Origin: a virus
DNA length: 64,000 nt
Strand: one strand, 5' to 3'
IMG/VR virus record: IMGVR_UViG_3300048839_001249
Span: 1-64,000 of that record
The translations under genes were made by a program, and so were the position numbers. This document shows positions 27,162-37,519 of the stretch, in pieces (the first letter of the stretch is position 1; every line of letters starts with the position of its first letter). Below the pieces are notes generated by a model. That model had not been told where the DNA came from. It saw only the letters and a list, made by a program, of their open reading frames with translations, and searched no databases.

Positions 27162-27599
27162 ATGAAAAAGTTATTTTTTATAGTATTATTTACAATCATT
27201 TGTGTAACAGGATTTTCACAAATAGGTGTAAAACACAGACCATTTTATGTATTAAATGATCTTGCATTAGATACAATTACAGGTGGATTTTTATTTTCTG
27301 ATACTACTATTATTTTAGAAATGCCATTAAATGCTGCTGGTTTTAATGTGATTGGAACATCAGCATCTATTGAAGACTCATTATATGTAAGATTTAAAGT
27401 AGCTGATGATGCAGATAGTACTAATTCTTATGTAGCTTATGGAGATACACTATTATTTGAAGGAAGTACATCACTAACAATGGAGAAAGAATTTTTTACT
27501 TATCCATTTCTAATAATAGAAGTTGAATCTGTTAGTGCAGATACCAATAGTGGATATTTCGATTTAATGTTTAGATTAACAAGAAAATACAAAGAATAA
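27162..27599 (+). CDS. exported beta-rich protein
   Basis: MKKLFFIVLFTIICVTGFS-Q signal peptide. Confidence 0.75.
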   Translation: MKKLFFIVLFTIICVTGFSQIGVKHRPFYVLNDLALDTITGGFLFSDTTIILEMPLNAAGFNVIGTSASIEDSLYVRFKVADDADSTNSYVAYGDTLLFEGSTSLTMEKEFFTYPFLIIEVESVSADTNSGYFDLMFRLTRKYKE

Positions 27600-27618
27600 C
27601 AATTAAAATTAAAAAATC

Positions 27619-28098
27619 ATGAAAGCAAAACTCTTACTTATTGTACTATCCTTATTGGTAGTAGGTACTTCATTTGGTCAAAGAAAGAAAAATATTCTTA
27701 CACCTGATGAAGTAAATGCCAAAATTAAAATGGAAACACCTTTTTTGACAGTAACTAAAACAGCAATGTTTGATAATGTTGTCACAAACACATTTACTGC
27801 TGTAGCAGGTGATACTGTAGAAACAAGTATTAATTGGAAACTTGGTAATTTACAAACTGTTACTGTTGTTGATACAGTAAACTTCACATTAATTGATCCT
27901 TCTTATCCTGCAAGATTAACATTAATACTAGTGCATGATACAAGTAGTACTGCATTTCCAGTCTATTTCGATCCTATAATTTTATGGACAGGTGGAACAG
28001 ATTATACTGGAACTGTAAGTAGTGGAATTGATAAAATTGAATTTACATATGATGGAACTAATTATTTAGGAGATTTTACCAAAGATCACAAAGATTAA
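27619..28098 (+). CDS. exported protein with a phage fibre-tip-like domain
   Basis: Signal ...TSFG-Q; INWKLGNLQTVT...WTGGT...IDKIEFTYDGTNYLG domain common at phage fibre C-termini. Confidence 0.75.
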   Translation: MKAKLLLIVLSLLVVGTSFGQRKKNILTPDEVNAKIKMETPFLTVTKTAMFDNVVTNTFTAVAGDTVETSINWKLGNLQTVTVVDTVNFTLIDPSYPARLTLILVHDTSSTAFPVYFDPIILWTGGTDYTGTVSSGIDKIEFTYDGTNYLGDFTKDHKD

Positions 28099-28104
28099 TA
28101 GTTT

Positions 28105-31100
28105 ATGAAAAGATTTATTATATCACTGCTTTTTTTGATAGTTTCATTTTCTGCTTTTTCTCAAGTACCCACTAAAATGTGGGTACTTGATCGTTTAAAA
28201 AATCTTGGTTATGAATTAAATCAAGATTGGAATGAAGATATTCATGATAGCATTTTAACAATAGTAACTGATAGTACTATTACTATGTGGTATAATCATA
28301 ATGATAGTATTCGCAATAAATCTTTTTTACCTGTTTATATTGATAATGACTTAAAAATTGATGGAAATTTATTAATTGATAGTATCTTTCACACTTCTCA
28401 ATCTGTTGGAGAAGAAATAAATGTTTATGCTCCACTTAAAGTTATTACAGAGATAACATTAGATACTATATATCCTGGAACAAGTACTACTTTATATATG
28501 TTAGATGGTGGACAGGCATCTATACGATATACTACTTTTGATAGTACTCTTAATTTAAACTCACCTGATAGATTTATCTTATCTGGAGGTAATGGTTATG
28601 TGATTATTGATCCTAATGGTATCTATAGATTTAATGTACCCGGAATATCTAAATCATCAATGGGATTAGCCTCCTCTCCTTGGTATGGACTTTACTCTAC
28701 TAACATTAAAGATGATACTACTAATGTATTTTTGACTGTTCCTCTTGCTGAATCTGATACTGTACTTGTTACAAGAAACGATACTATCTTTAAGATGTAC
28801 TTATCCATTGACAGTGTACTCTATGCAGACACAGCCGGATATGCACTAAATAGTTATTGGTATGAAGTTCCTGATGATACTATTAAAACTTACAATCATG
28901 TAGTTGTGGATTCAAGTTTTATGGTTAATTACAAGAATACTATATTTGGACATTATAATACTGGTTTATTTGGTAACGATTCTAATTTAGTGTTTGGTAT
29001 ATTAGAAGATAGTGTATGGATGATAGACCATGTTTGGAGTGAAAGTGAAATGTTAGTGAGAACTATTATGGGAGTTAATTTACTTGATGGGACTACAAGT
29101 GGATTGAGTGCGTCTATGAATAAGACTGTTGGAGGAAGGCATTCTGTTGAACTATTTGCTGGAAATCATACTTCGGTAGCTATTAATAGTAAAGAAAATG
29201 CTACGATAACTGCTGATACATTTAATCTTTATATAGAAAGTGCTATGAATACAGTGCTATCTATAACCGATAGTAATTATAAGTTTACTGGTATTCCCGA
29301 ATCTACTGTTAAATATGTTGCAGGGTTTGATGAAAATGGGACTCTATATAAGGCAGATAGTTCTTTATTCAGTAACTCTACAATAATTCCTTATACGGGA
29401 GATACTCTATGGAAATCAACATATAGTACGGAAGGTTATGATATTATATCTCTTGTAGATTCAGGTAATGTTGTTGCTATTGGTACTGATTATCCTAATG
29501 GTACATTAGATGTTAGAGGTTTTTTAAATGTTTCTTCTGATTTAATTAATCCAGCAGGTTTTGGTGTATATGATACTAACGGTGTGGGATTATCTTATAT
29601 TCCAACCTTACAGTTTATAATAGATAGAAGTAATAGTGATGAAGCAGGCTATACTGCAATGTCTTTAGATTTATCTGAAGAAGGTAATAATCCATTCTAT
29701 TTGTTTAATGGCTCTTTAGAAAATCATTATAACTCATTTTATGCCACTAAGGATAGTCTTGGATATAAAGCTAATGATACTACTAAGGTATTTCATATTA
29801 ATGCTACAGGGGAAGTATATGCTCCATTGATTAGTAATTTAGCTAAATCTAATATTCTATATTACGATACATTAACAGGAGAAATTACGTATGATACTGC
29901 ACAATCAGTAAATGAAACAGACCCTTACTTTACTGCTGATGTTCGAGATAGTGTACTTTCTATAAGCCAAGAACAATGGTTATTAACTTATACTGATACT
30001 TCCAGATATTCTTTTAATTATGCTAAAGATAGTAGTTATGTAAGCATGAATATAGATACCATATACTTATTTACTTTACCGGAACAACATATAGATTACA
30101 TTTATGAAAATCCCGATAATGGTAGTGGATTAGCAACTCCGTGGACTACAAATGAGGTTTGGGTTGTTGCTGATGAAAGAGTACTTGGTAATATAGCAGA
30201 CACAATTATTATTGAATGGAGTGAACCAGCAACAGATACTTGTATTATTACTAATGTGATATATGCTGTCCTTCCCTCTACTGACTCAGTAACAAAATTT
30301 ATTCATACTCCTAATAACTCAATGTCGGTTTGGGATATTGTTAGCATTACTATAAAATCTCCAATATTACCTCCTCTCTATATATATCCTAATCTTCATG
30401 TATTAGGCAATCAAGTAATAGGAGATACAGCTAATTTTCAAACATATCTTAATTTACCTTCTCAGGATTCAGTAATCTATTCAGATACTACATTTTATTA
30501 TAATGAACAAGACCCTATATTCTTATCTAATGTTCGAGATTCTATTATAAGTGTTTCTCAGGAACAGTGGAATTTAATGTATGTAGACACGTCACGATAT
30601 TCATTAACGAGTCTTCATTCAGATAGTGCTAACTATGCACCTATGCCCGATAGTGTTATTCATGCTATATATTCGGATACTGCATTATACTATGATGAAA
30701 TAGACCCTCATTTTATTGATGATGCTAGAGATACTGTTATTGCTATCAGTCAAGAGCAATGGTCACTTAGGTATGCAGATACAGCAAGGTACGCTCTAAA
30801 TGTTGTTCCTTTTCCTGAACCTAATTGGGATACTCTTGCTTACTATGCTAACCTTGATACATTAGATTATTACCAATTAATAACTGATGATCATGATACA
30901 TCATCTACTAACGAACTTCAATTACTTACTTATGATAAGTCAACTGGTATAATGAATATTAGTGATGGAACTGGCGATACAATAAATTTATTTGGTTCTG
31001 CTAATAGAGGATTAGTTCCTCAATCTGGAGGTGGAACATCTAACTATATGAGGGCAGATGGTACATGGGCAACTCCTCCGGGAACAGCAGTAGCAGATAA

Positions 31101-34100
31101 CTTAGGTAATCATATAATGACCCAAAACCTATCAACAACTGATGATTATTTTATAGGGAATAATGGAGAAAATTGGACAGGATTTAAGTTTACAAGATAT
31201 AAGAGTAAGGATAGTTATAAGTTAGCAGGTAATCAATATCAGTTTAGTAATATAATACTATCTAAATTATATGACGATAATACAGCAAGTTACATTGCTC
31301 CAATATGGATTCAGGGTGTTGCTGCAAACGATAACTTTGGAGTAACTGAGTATATTCCAAAAGGATTTACAATTCAGCCTGAAACACAATATCCGATATT
31401 TTCTGATCTTGCTGATACTATTGATGCTGGATACATTATGCTATGGAATCACTATGATAGCGTAGTCAATAAGATTAACAGACATGATTTTATCAATAGC
31501 ATTACCTCTTTTCAGCTATATGATGATACCACTACCTACGATGCTACAAAATATTGGGTAGAACAGCAGGGTTATCTTACATCATTCACAGAACAAGATT
31601 CTGTTATAGGTAATGAAGGAGATACTACAAAACATCATACTGTAGGATGGGGATTGGTAGGAGAGTTCTATAATCAAACAGATAATGTAGAGTGGGAAGC
31701 TGATAGTAGTAAAGTTGCTTCTTTATATGCTCTTAATGATACAGCAACAAATATTAGAGCAGATTTTCCAAATGTAAGTGGGTTTATATCGTGGTCTGAT
31801 ACTAATGTTATTGCAACACAATACTGGGTTAACGATCAAGGTTATTTAACTACTGAGGTTGATGGTAGCATAACCAATGAATTACAGAATTTAACATTTG
31901 CTCAGGCTACTGGAATAATGAATATTAGTTCAGGTACAGGAGATACTATTCATGAGTATGATGGTGAAACAAGAGGGTTAGTTCCTGATGCCTTACCTGT
32001 ATTTACAGGAAATGAGTTTCTCAATATTGACGGCACATGGGATGCTGTTGATATTCCTGTTGAACAAGATAGTGTGATAGGTAATGAGGGTGATACCAGT
32101 AAGTATATTATAGATGGCTTTGGGATTAAAGATTTTGCTTACAACCAGACTCAGGATGCTACTGTCGAAGTAGACACTACTTTAATTACTACATGGAATG
32201 ATGTGGATAGTTTAATAGCACTTGTTGACACAGGGTACTTTAAGAGAACAAACAACTTTACTACACTTAAAAATATAAATGACTCTGTTGGTATAGGAAC
32301 AGATAATCCAAGAACTAAGTTTGATATAATAGGAGAATTATCTCTTACTGGACAATCTAATTCTATTATCTATGATGTAGATAGTAATGAGTTGATTAGG
32401 ATTAATCATGAAGGAGTTAATCCACCAAATTTAGGAAGTTATGTTGATATAGGATTGCATGGTGGAGAATCTTATGGATTAGGATCGTTAAATACATTCT
32501 CGTATAACGATAGTCAATTTTCACTTGCTAATTTTGGTTCAGTAAAAACAAACGGAAGACAATCAAATTATGGAAGTGATCTTCATAATAATATTATGTG
32601 TTTTGATACAGTACCTTCATTATCATACATTATTTTTAAATCTTGGCCAGACGCAGGAGGAAATATTGGTACATTAGTAGTAACAGCAGCAAATGATATT
32701 GGTCTGATAAAAGTTAACTTCTCTGTGCAATACAGTGTCAATTATATTACTGTTATTGATAGTTCAACAACAGTAAGGACAGGAATGTTTTGGGATAGTT
32801 TATTCATTGCCTCACCGAGATTATCTTCTACTTATGATTCCATAATGATACCAGTTTATTCAAGAGTAATTGCATCTGCCGAAAATAACAATAAGGTATC
32901 TGTTAAGGTTGAGTATTTCCATACTGAGAATAATGCTTTTGGAGTAGATATTACTACGACTACCTCTGCCGACATATTAACCTCTTGGGTAGATAAGGTT
33001 AATAAATATGGAATAGACACTGCAACAACAGCTTTTGGAATATACTATGATCCTATTACTGGGGTTACAAGTTATGATTCCGTATCAAGCGGGGGAGGGG
33101 CTGATGGCGATAGTCTTTGGAATCATGTAGTATTACAGGATATAGATATGACAGGATTTAATCTTATCAATCCCGATACATTATTTCACACACCTTATTC
33201 AACAACATTTGTTCCTGCTGATGATGAATTACTTATTTGGGATGATACTGAAAATGCTATTGCAGGAGTTTCTTTAACTGATTTAACATCTAATCTTCCA
33301 TTGGATAACTACCAGTTAAAATCTGATACCTCTACTTATGATGCTACAAAGCATTATGTGGATAGTGTTAATATGTTTCATCAAGAAGATGGAGCAGTGG
33401 AGATGAAAGATAATGACGTATTGAGAATTGATGCTGGTGATGTTTTGTCTTTTGTGAACAATACAGGAGATAGCACTAAAATATATCAGGCAGGAGAGAG
33501 TTTTGTTATCCAACCTCAAAGTACTGTTGAGTACACTCAAATATATAGTGATGTTTATATAGATGGAGATACTCTCATACTTAATGAAATGACTAAGGCT
33601 AAGAAGGCTCACAATGTATTTTATGATGAGGTTTCAGGAGTGCTTACTTATGGAGATACTACTATTACAGCAGCAGAAGTAGATGGCTCGGTTACTAATG
33701 AAGGCTCATTAACAGTTGTTGATCCTGGGGCAAACAAAAGTGCAATAAGAAGTAATACAAGTGGAAGTACTGATGTTACGATAGAGGGTGGAGATAATAT
33801 TACGGTAACTGAGAATACGGGCACTGGAACTATCACAGTAGCAACAAAACAGACGACTGCCATTAATACAACAATGGTTGCAACTGCCACCTTTAGTTTT
33901 AATGATGCGACAACTTACTATTTTGGGGCTTCACAGGTTGGATTTAGCACAACAGAGACAATATCAAGAAGTATTATTATTCCCCATGATGGCACAATAA
34001 CATTAGGACAATTTGTTACAACAACTGTTGCCGCAGGATCATCTCAGGATTGGAGTGTATATTTAAGACTGAATAATACAACGGATTACTTAATAGAAAC

Positions 34101-34266
34101 AATACAATCAGGAGGTAATGTGGAAATTTGGAGAAATGATGGGTTAAGCATAGCTGTTTCTGAAGGAGATGCTCTTTGTTGGAAAATGGTTACTCCTACT
34201 TGGACTACAAATCCACAGATAAGAGGAAATACTGGATGTCATGGAACCATGATAATAACATATTAA
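28105..34266 (+). CDS. 2,053-aa fibre/adhesin-like protein with a signal peptide and internal repeats
   Basis: MKRFIISLLFLIVSFSAFS-Q; RGLVP...DGTW and VGIGT..P fibre motifs; Asp/Ser/Thr-rich. Confidence 0.8.
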   Translation: MKRFIISLLFLIVSFSAFSQVPTKMWVLDRLKNLGYELNQDWNEDIHDSILTIVTDSTITMWYNHNDSIRNKSFLPVYIDNDLKIDGNLLIDSIFHTSQSVGEEINVYAPLKVITEITLDTIYPGTSTTLYMLDGGQASIRYTTFDSTLNLNSPDRFILSGGNGYVIIDPNGIYRFNVPGISKSSMGLASSPWYGLYSTNIKDDTTNVFLTVPLAESDTVLVTRNDTIFKMYLSIDSVLYADTAGYALNSYWYEVPDDTIKTYNHVVVDSSFMVNYKNTIFGHYNTGLFGNDSNLVFGILEDSVWMIDHVWSESEMLVRTIMGVNLLDGTTSGLSASMNKTVGGRHSVELFAGNHTSVAINSKENATITADTFNLYIESAMNTVLSITDSNYKFTGIPESTVKYVAGFDENGTLYKADSSLFSNSTIIPYTGDTLWKSTYSTEGYDIISLVDSGNVVAIGTDYPNGTLDVRGFLNVSSDLINPAGFGVYDTNGVGLSYIPTLQFIIDRSNSDEAGYTAMSLDLSEEGNNPFYLFNGSLENHYNSFYATKDSLGYKANDTTKVFHINATGEVYAPLISNLAKSNILYYDTLTGEITYDTAQSVNETDPYFTADVRDSVLSISQEQWLLTYTDTSRYSFNYAKDSSYVSMNIDTIYLFTLPEQHIDYIYENPDNGSGLATPWTTNEVWVVADERVLGNIADTIIIEWSEPATDTCIITNVIYAVLPSTDSVTKFIHTPNNSMSVWDIVSITIKSPILPPLYIYPNLHVLGNQVIGDTANFQTYLNLPSQDSVIYSDTTFYYNEQDPIFLSNVRDSIISVSQEQWNLMYVDTSRYSLTSLHSDSANYAPMPDSVIHAIYSDTALYYDEIDPHFIDDARDTVIAISQEQWSLRYADTARYALNVVPFPEPNWDTLAYYANLDTLDYYQLITDDHDTSSTNELQLLTYDKSTGIMNISDGTGDTINLFGSANRGLVPQSGGGTSNYMRADGTWATPPGTAVADNLGNHIMTQNLSTTDDYFIGNNGENWTGFKFTRYKSKDSYKLAGNQYQFSNIILSKLYDDNTASYIAPIWIQGVAANDNFGVTEYIPKGFTIQPETQYPIFSDLADTIDAGYIMLWNHYDSVVNKINRHDFINSITSFQLYDDTTTYDATKYWVEQQGYLTSFTEQDSVIGNEGDTTKHHTVGWGLVGEFYNQTDNVEWEADSSKVASLYALNDTATNIRADFPNVSGFISWSDTNVIATQYWVNDQGYLTTEVDGSITNELQNLTFAQATGIMNISSGTGDTIHEYDGETRGLVPDALPVFTGNEFLNIDGTWDAVDIPVEQDSVIGNEGDTSKYIIDGFGIKDFAYNQTQDATVEVDTTLITTWNDVDSLIALVDTGYFKRTNNFTTLKNINDSVGIGTDNPRTKFDIIGELSLTGQSNSIIYDVDSNELIRINHEGVNPPNLGSYVDIGLHGGESYGLGSLNTFSYNDSQFSLANFGSVKTNGRQSNYGSDLHNNIMCFDTVPSLSYIIFKSWPDAGGNIGTLVVTAANDIGLIKVNFSVQYSVNYITVIDSSTTVRTGMFWDSLFIASPRLSSTYDSIMIPVYSRVIASAENNNKVSVKVEYFHTENNAFGVDITTTTSADILTSWVDKVNKYGIDTATTAFGIYYDPITGVTSYDSVSSGGGADGDSLWNHVVLQDIDMTGFNLINPDTLFHTPYSTTFVPADDELLIWDDTENAIAGVSLTDLTSNLPLDNYQLKSDTSTYDATKHYVDSVNMFHQEDGAVEMKDNDVLRIDAGDVLSFVNNTGDSTKIYQAGESFVIQPQSTVEYTQIYSDVYIDGDTLILNEMTKAKKAHNVFYDEVSGVLTYGDTTITAAEVDGSVTNEGSLTVVDPGANKSAIRSNTSGSTDVTIEGGDNITVTENTGTGTITVATKQTTAINTTMVATATFSFNDATTYYFGASQVGFSTTETISRSIIIPHDGTITLGQFVTTTVAAGSSQDWSVYLRLNNTTDYLIETIQSGGNVEIWRNDGLSIAVSEGDALCWKMVTPTWTTNPQIRGNTGCHGTMIITY

Positions 34267-34267
34267 T

Positions 34268-34456
34268 ATGACAATAGATTTATCCATAGGAGAGGTTGAA
34301 TACCTACTCACATTGATCAATATGAATAATGAGTTTGGTGGTCATTACAATGATCCTAAGTATGATATACCTTTGAGGGACAAGTTAAGAGAGTTAAAGA
34401 AAAAGATTAATGAAAAGGTTACTACTGATACTATTAATGATGCCTGTAATTGTTAA
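34268..34456 (+). CDS. small hypothetical protein
   Basis: 62 aa directly after the fibre gene. Confidence 0.55.
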   Translation: MTIDLSIGEVEYLLTLINMNNEFGGHYNDPKYDIPLRDKLRELKKKINEKVTTDTINDACNC

Positions 34457-34853
34457 TGCTCAGGTGCTTACTAAAAAGGATATTATCCCATTGGTCTGTA
34501 CATTTCAGGCAGGGATATATGAAGGCTTTGCTGAAGGATTGAAGTTTCACTATGAAAGCATTGACAGTAAACTTGGATTAAACGATAATTACTGGAATCC
34601 TGCTATGAGTTGCAACAATAAATATAAGAATGGTGATCCTGCACAGGGAGAGGCATTTCCTATGAGTACCACAGTCTTTGTATGGACTACTGATGGTTAT
34701 CATCTTACAAGAGCTGCAAGAAATACCTGTCTTATGGCTGGACTCACATTCAAATTGGGAGAGAAACAAAAGTGGTATGAATACCTTTTGGAATTTATTG
34801 CTTACTATATTACTTTTACATTAGGATTTAACATAACTTATGAACTGCTATGA
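34410..34853 (+). CDS. exported/membrane protein
   Basis: Signal ...IVNA-Q; WNP..S..NKYKNGDP..GE motif; hydrophobic C-terminus. Confidence 0.75.
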   Translation: MKRLLLILLMMPVIVNAQVLTKKDIIPLVCTFQAGIYEGFAEGLKFHYESIDSKLGLNDNYWNPAMSCNNKYKNGDPAQGEAFPMSTTVFVWTTDGYHLTRAARNTCLMAGLTFKLGEKQKWYEYLLEFIAYYITFTLGFNITYELL

Positions 34854-35398
34854 AACTAATTATCTTTGGTAAAGGCGGTTTTGGTAGAGAAGTAGAAGCC
34901 GCTATTAAAAACTCCAGACTATCCAGATTTTACGATATTGTAATGATGGAAGAAGGAGAAGATTTACTACCTATTTATAATGAATGTATTATAGCTATTG
35001 GCGATCCTAATGTAAGAAGTAGATTAGCTAATGAATTACGATATAGCTTTGGAAAGATTATATTAGGTACTTGTTATTCCTCTAATATAGGGGGCGGTAC
35101 AATTATTCAACCCGGAGCTATAATTACTGTTAATTGTAATATTGGTAAGCATGTTCAAGTAAATTTAAATGCTACTGTTGGACATGATTGTAACATAGGA
35201 GATTGTACAACTATTGCTCCAGGGGCCCATATATCAGGAAATGTAACTATTGGAAAAAGATGTTATATAGGAACAGGAGCAGTAATTAAACAGAATATTA
35301 ATATTTGTGATGATGTAACAATAGGTGCTGGTGGAGTAGTAGTAAAAGATATTACTGAATCAGGTATTTATGTTGGTTGTCCAGTTAATAAAAAATAG
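34850..35398 (+). CDS. NeuD/PglD-family sugar acetyltransferase
   Basis: N-terminal IFGKGGFGREV and IAIGDP..R, hexapeptide (LbH) repeats with VGHDC, C-terminal YVGCP. Confidence 0.9.
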   Translation: MKLIIFGKGGFGREVEAAIKNSRLSRFYDIVMMEEGEDLLPIYNECIIAIGDPNVRSRLANELRYSFGKIILGTCYSSNIGGGTIIQPGAIITVNCNIGKHVQVNLNATVGHDCNIGDCTTIAPGAHISGNVTIGKRCYIGTGAVIKQNINICDDVTIGAGGVVVKDITESGIYVGCPVNKK

Positions 35399-35399
35399 T

Positions 35400-35732
35400 A
35401 TGAAGTACATTGTATTTTGGTTATTGGTTATTAATGTTAGCTTGTCTAACAAGCCTAAAATTGATGAGTTTGGTGCAAAAAGTCAATGGACTACTCTTGA
35501 ATATAATATGGGTACTGAATATGAACAGTATTTTAAAATGTTTGATGATAGACAGGCTGCACTTGACTTTCTTAGTAGAGGACAAAATCACTCAAAGGTA
35601 TATGCTATTGCAATAGATAGTGTTAAGATTCCTACAACGGAAGAATATTTTAAGAATTATATTTTGGTATATGACTCGGTTAATTATTATACCTTACCAA
35701 TTTTACATGACACAATAATATTACGCCCATGA
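35400..35732 (+). CDS. exported small protein
   Basis: Likely start MKYIVFWLLVINVSLS; three D-[ST]-[VI] sequons. Confidence 0.6.
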   Translation: MKYIVFWLLVINVSLSNKPKIDEFGAKSQWTTLEYNMGTEYEQYFKMFDDRQAALDFLSRGQNHSKVYAIAIDSVKIPTTEEYFKNYILVYDSVNYYTLPILHDTIILRP

Positions 35733-36292
35733 CAAAACAATTTGTATTTAAGACAGGAGATATTGTATTAGTATCTGGACACTCTAAGAGGGCAGAGATT
35801 ATACAAAAGTTTCAAGAAAAGTCTGATAAAGACTCAGGTAAATGGAATCATTCCATGCTTGTTACAGTAATTAATGGAATACCTTATGTATATGAAGCTG
35901 CTGAGATTGAAGAAAGAAAAGTCAAAGCTGCTGCTAAGTTTACTCACATTAGTGAATATAATGGATATGAACTATTAGTTCTTAGACCTAAGTTTGCTAT
36001 CATTGAAAACGATGTTATTCAATGGTGTGTATTCTATAATGGTACTCCTTATGATTATTCTAGTTTACTTAGAGATCAAATAGTAAGAACACTTACTGGT
36101 TGGTGGTTAGGTAAGAAAGGAGATAAAGCTGCTAGACGTATGGTATGTCACGAGCTTACTCAATTTATTATGAACCTATATAAACCAGACTTATTTCCTG
36201 AATGGTTTAAAGGTGATGTAGCTAAGATATTTCATTCTGTTGATTATAATAAGGTACAATATATACCTAATTACAAATACATTAAACAATAA
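35729..36292 (+). CDS. permuted NlpC/P60 (YiiX/YebB-like) amidase/acyl-enzyme
   Basis: GDIVL...WNHS...GTPYDY...MVCHEL, with His before Cys. Confidence 0.8.
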   Translation: MTKQFVFKTGDIVLVSGHSKRAEIIQKFQEKSDKDSGKWNHSMLVTVINGIPYVYEAAEIEERKVKAAAKFTHISEYNGYELLVLRPKFAIIENDVIQWCVFYNGTPYDYSSLLRDQIVRTLTGWWLGKKGDKAARRMVCHELTQFIMNLYKPDLFPEWFKGDVAKIFHSVDYNKVQYIPNYKYIKQ

Positions 36293-36308
36293 TTTAAATT
36301 AGATTACT

Positions 36309-37202
36309 ATGAAGACAAAAATTTTAGTATTACTATTTAGTGTTGTAATGATCACAGCACTTGCACAAGAAACCTGTATTCGGTATTCAGTGAAAACATC
36401 ACCCTCTTCTGGTTATTCTGGTGGATTTAGGGATGAGTTATGCTATGATGAATATGGTATGTTTCCTACTACTGCACATAACCCATATCAATTAGGTATT
36501 GAGGTTAATGGTGAACTATTACTTAAGTGGAAAGCTTTAGTTGAATTAAGGAAGCCTATATGGGGTGAATTAGGTAATCAGAAGTTTAAAGATTTACTTC
36601 CTGAATATATTGAATCAGTAGATGAATATATCTATATTGAGCAGTTTCCTTGGTTCTCTTTTGATACATTACCCTCATTACCCAAAGGTCATGAATTAGT
36701 ACCTTACGGATATGAGCTTAGAGTATCTTCTGGGGGTAGTGAATATATGTATGTTCAAGGAGCTACTTTAGAGATGGCTGAAATGTTACTTGATCAAGGA
36801 TACTTTGCAGAATGGAGGCCATGGAATAAAGTAGGTCTTCGTATTATGAAAGTAGTCAATCCTGAATATGCTATTGTAGAAGCACAACGTACTCAGATGT
36901 ATATTGATTATGAAAATATAATTAGTACATATCTTGTACAAAGTGCAATTTATAAGTTTCCTAAGTTCTACTATCCTAAGGAATATTATACTTTAAGATG
37001 GTGGATTAAAACATCAGAAGATGCTAATTACGTAGAAGTTACACCTGATAAGGAACATCCTTTATATTCAGATACACGATCTGGTTATATAGATGAAAGA
37101 AAGATAGCTAGAGAGCAAGACAAGAAATCTTGGAATGCTTGGATTAATAGTACTATTTCTTATAGTGGAGATCAGAGAGTTAAAAAATTACTTGGTTACT
37201 AA
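36309..37202 (+). CDS. exported hypothetical protein
   Basis: MKTKILVLLFSVVMITALA-Q signal peptide. Confidence 0.75.
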   Translation: MKTKILVLLFSVVMITALAQETCIRYSVKTSPSSGYSGGFRDELCYDEYGMFPTTAHNPYQLGIEVNGELLLKWKALVELRKPIWGELGNQKFKDLLPEYIESVDEYIYIEQFPWFSFDTLPSLPKGHELVPYGYELRVSSGGSEYMYVQGATLEMAEMLLDQGYFAEWRPWNKVGLRIMKVVNPEYAIVEAQRTQMYIDYENIISTYLVQSAIYKFPKFYYPKEYYTLRWWIKTSEDANYVEVTPDKEHPLYSDTRSGYIDERKIAREQDKKSWNAWINSTISYSGDQRVKKLLGY

Positions 37203-37255
37203 ATATTTTAATCTTAAATAATTCTTAAAATTATTTAATAACAATTAATACTACA

Positions 37256-37519
37256 ATGGCTAAAATACTCAATGAAAATTCCTTTTCGTGGCTTGATAAA
37301 ATTGTAAGTATAATATTATCTGTAATCAGTGGTATAGCTGTAGTTATACTTTTTGTTGCAGATGTAAAAAATACTACTAAAACTAATGCTAATGACATTC
37401 AAAATGTCAAGGATAACTTTAGTGATTTTAAATCAGACATTAAGGATGATGTTAAGGAAATAAAAGAAGATATTGAATATGTTAGGAAACTTATCGAAAA
37501 CAAACACAGCAATGATTAG
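37256..37519 (+). CDS. membrane protein with coiled coil (lysis-associated?)
   Basis: One TM helix plus a coiled coil. Confidence 0.65.
   Translation: MAKILNENSFSWLDKIVSIILSVISGIAVVILFVADVKNTTKTNANDIQNVKDNFSDFKSDIKDDVKEIKEDIEYVRKLIENKHSND

Noticed and set aside
24960-34266. Type IX secretion or lipoprotein cargo
   Set aside because: No lipobox Cys after the hydrophobic core and no recognisable T9SS C-terminal domain; this is by eye only and needs an HMM check
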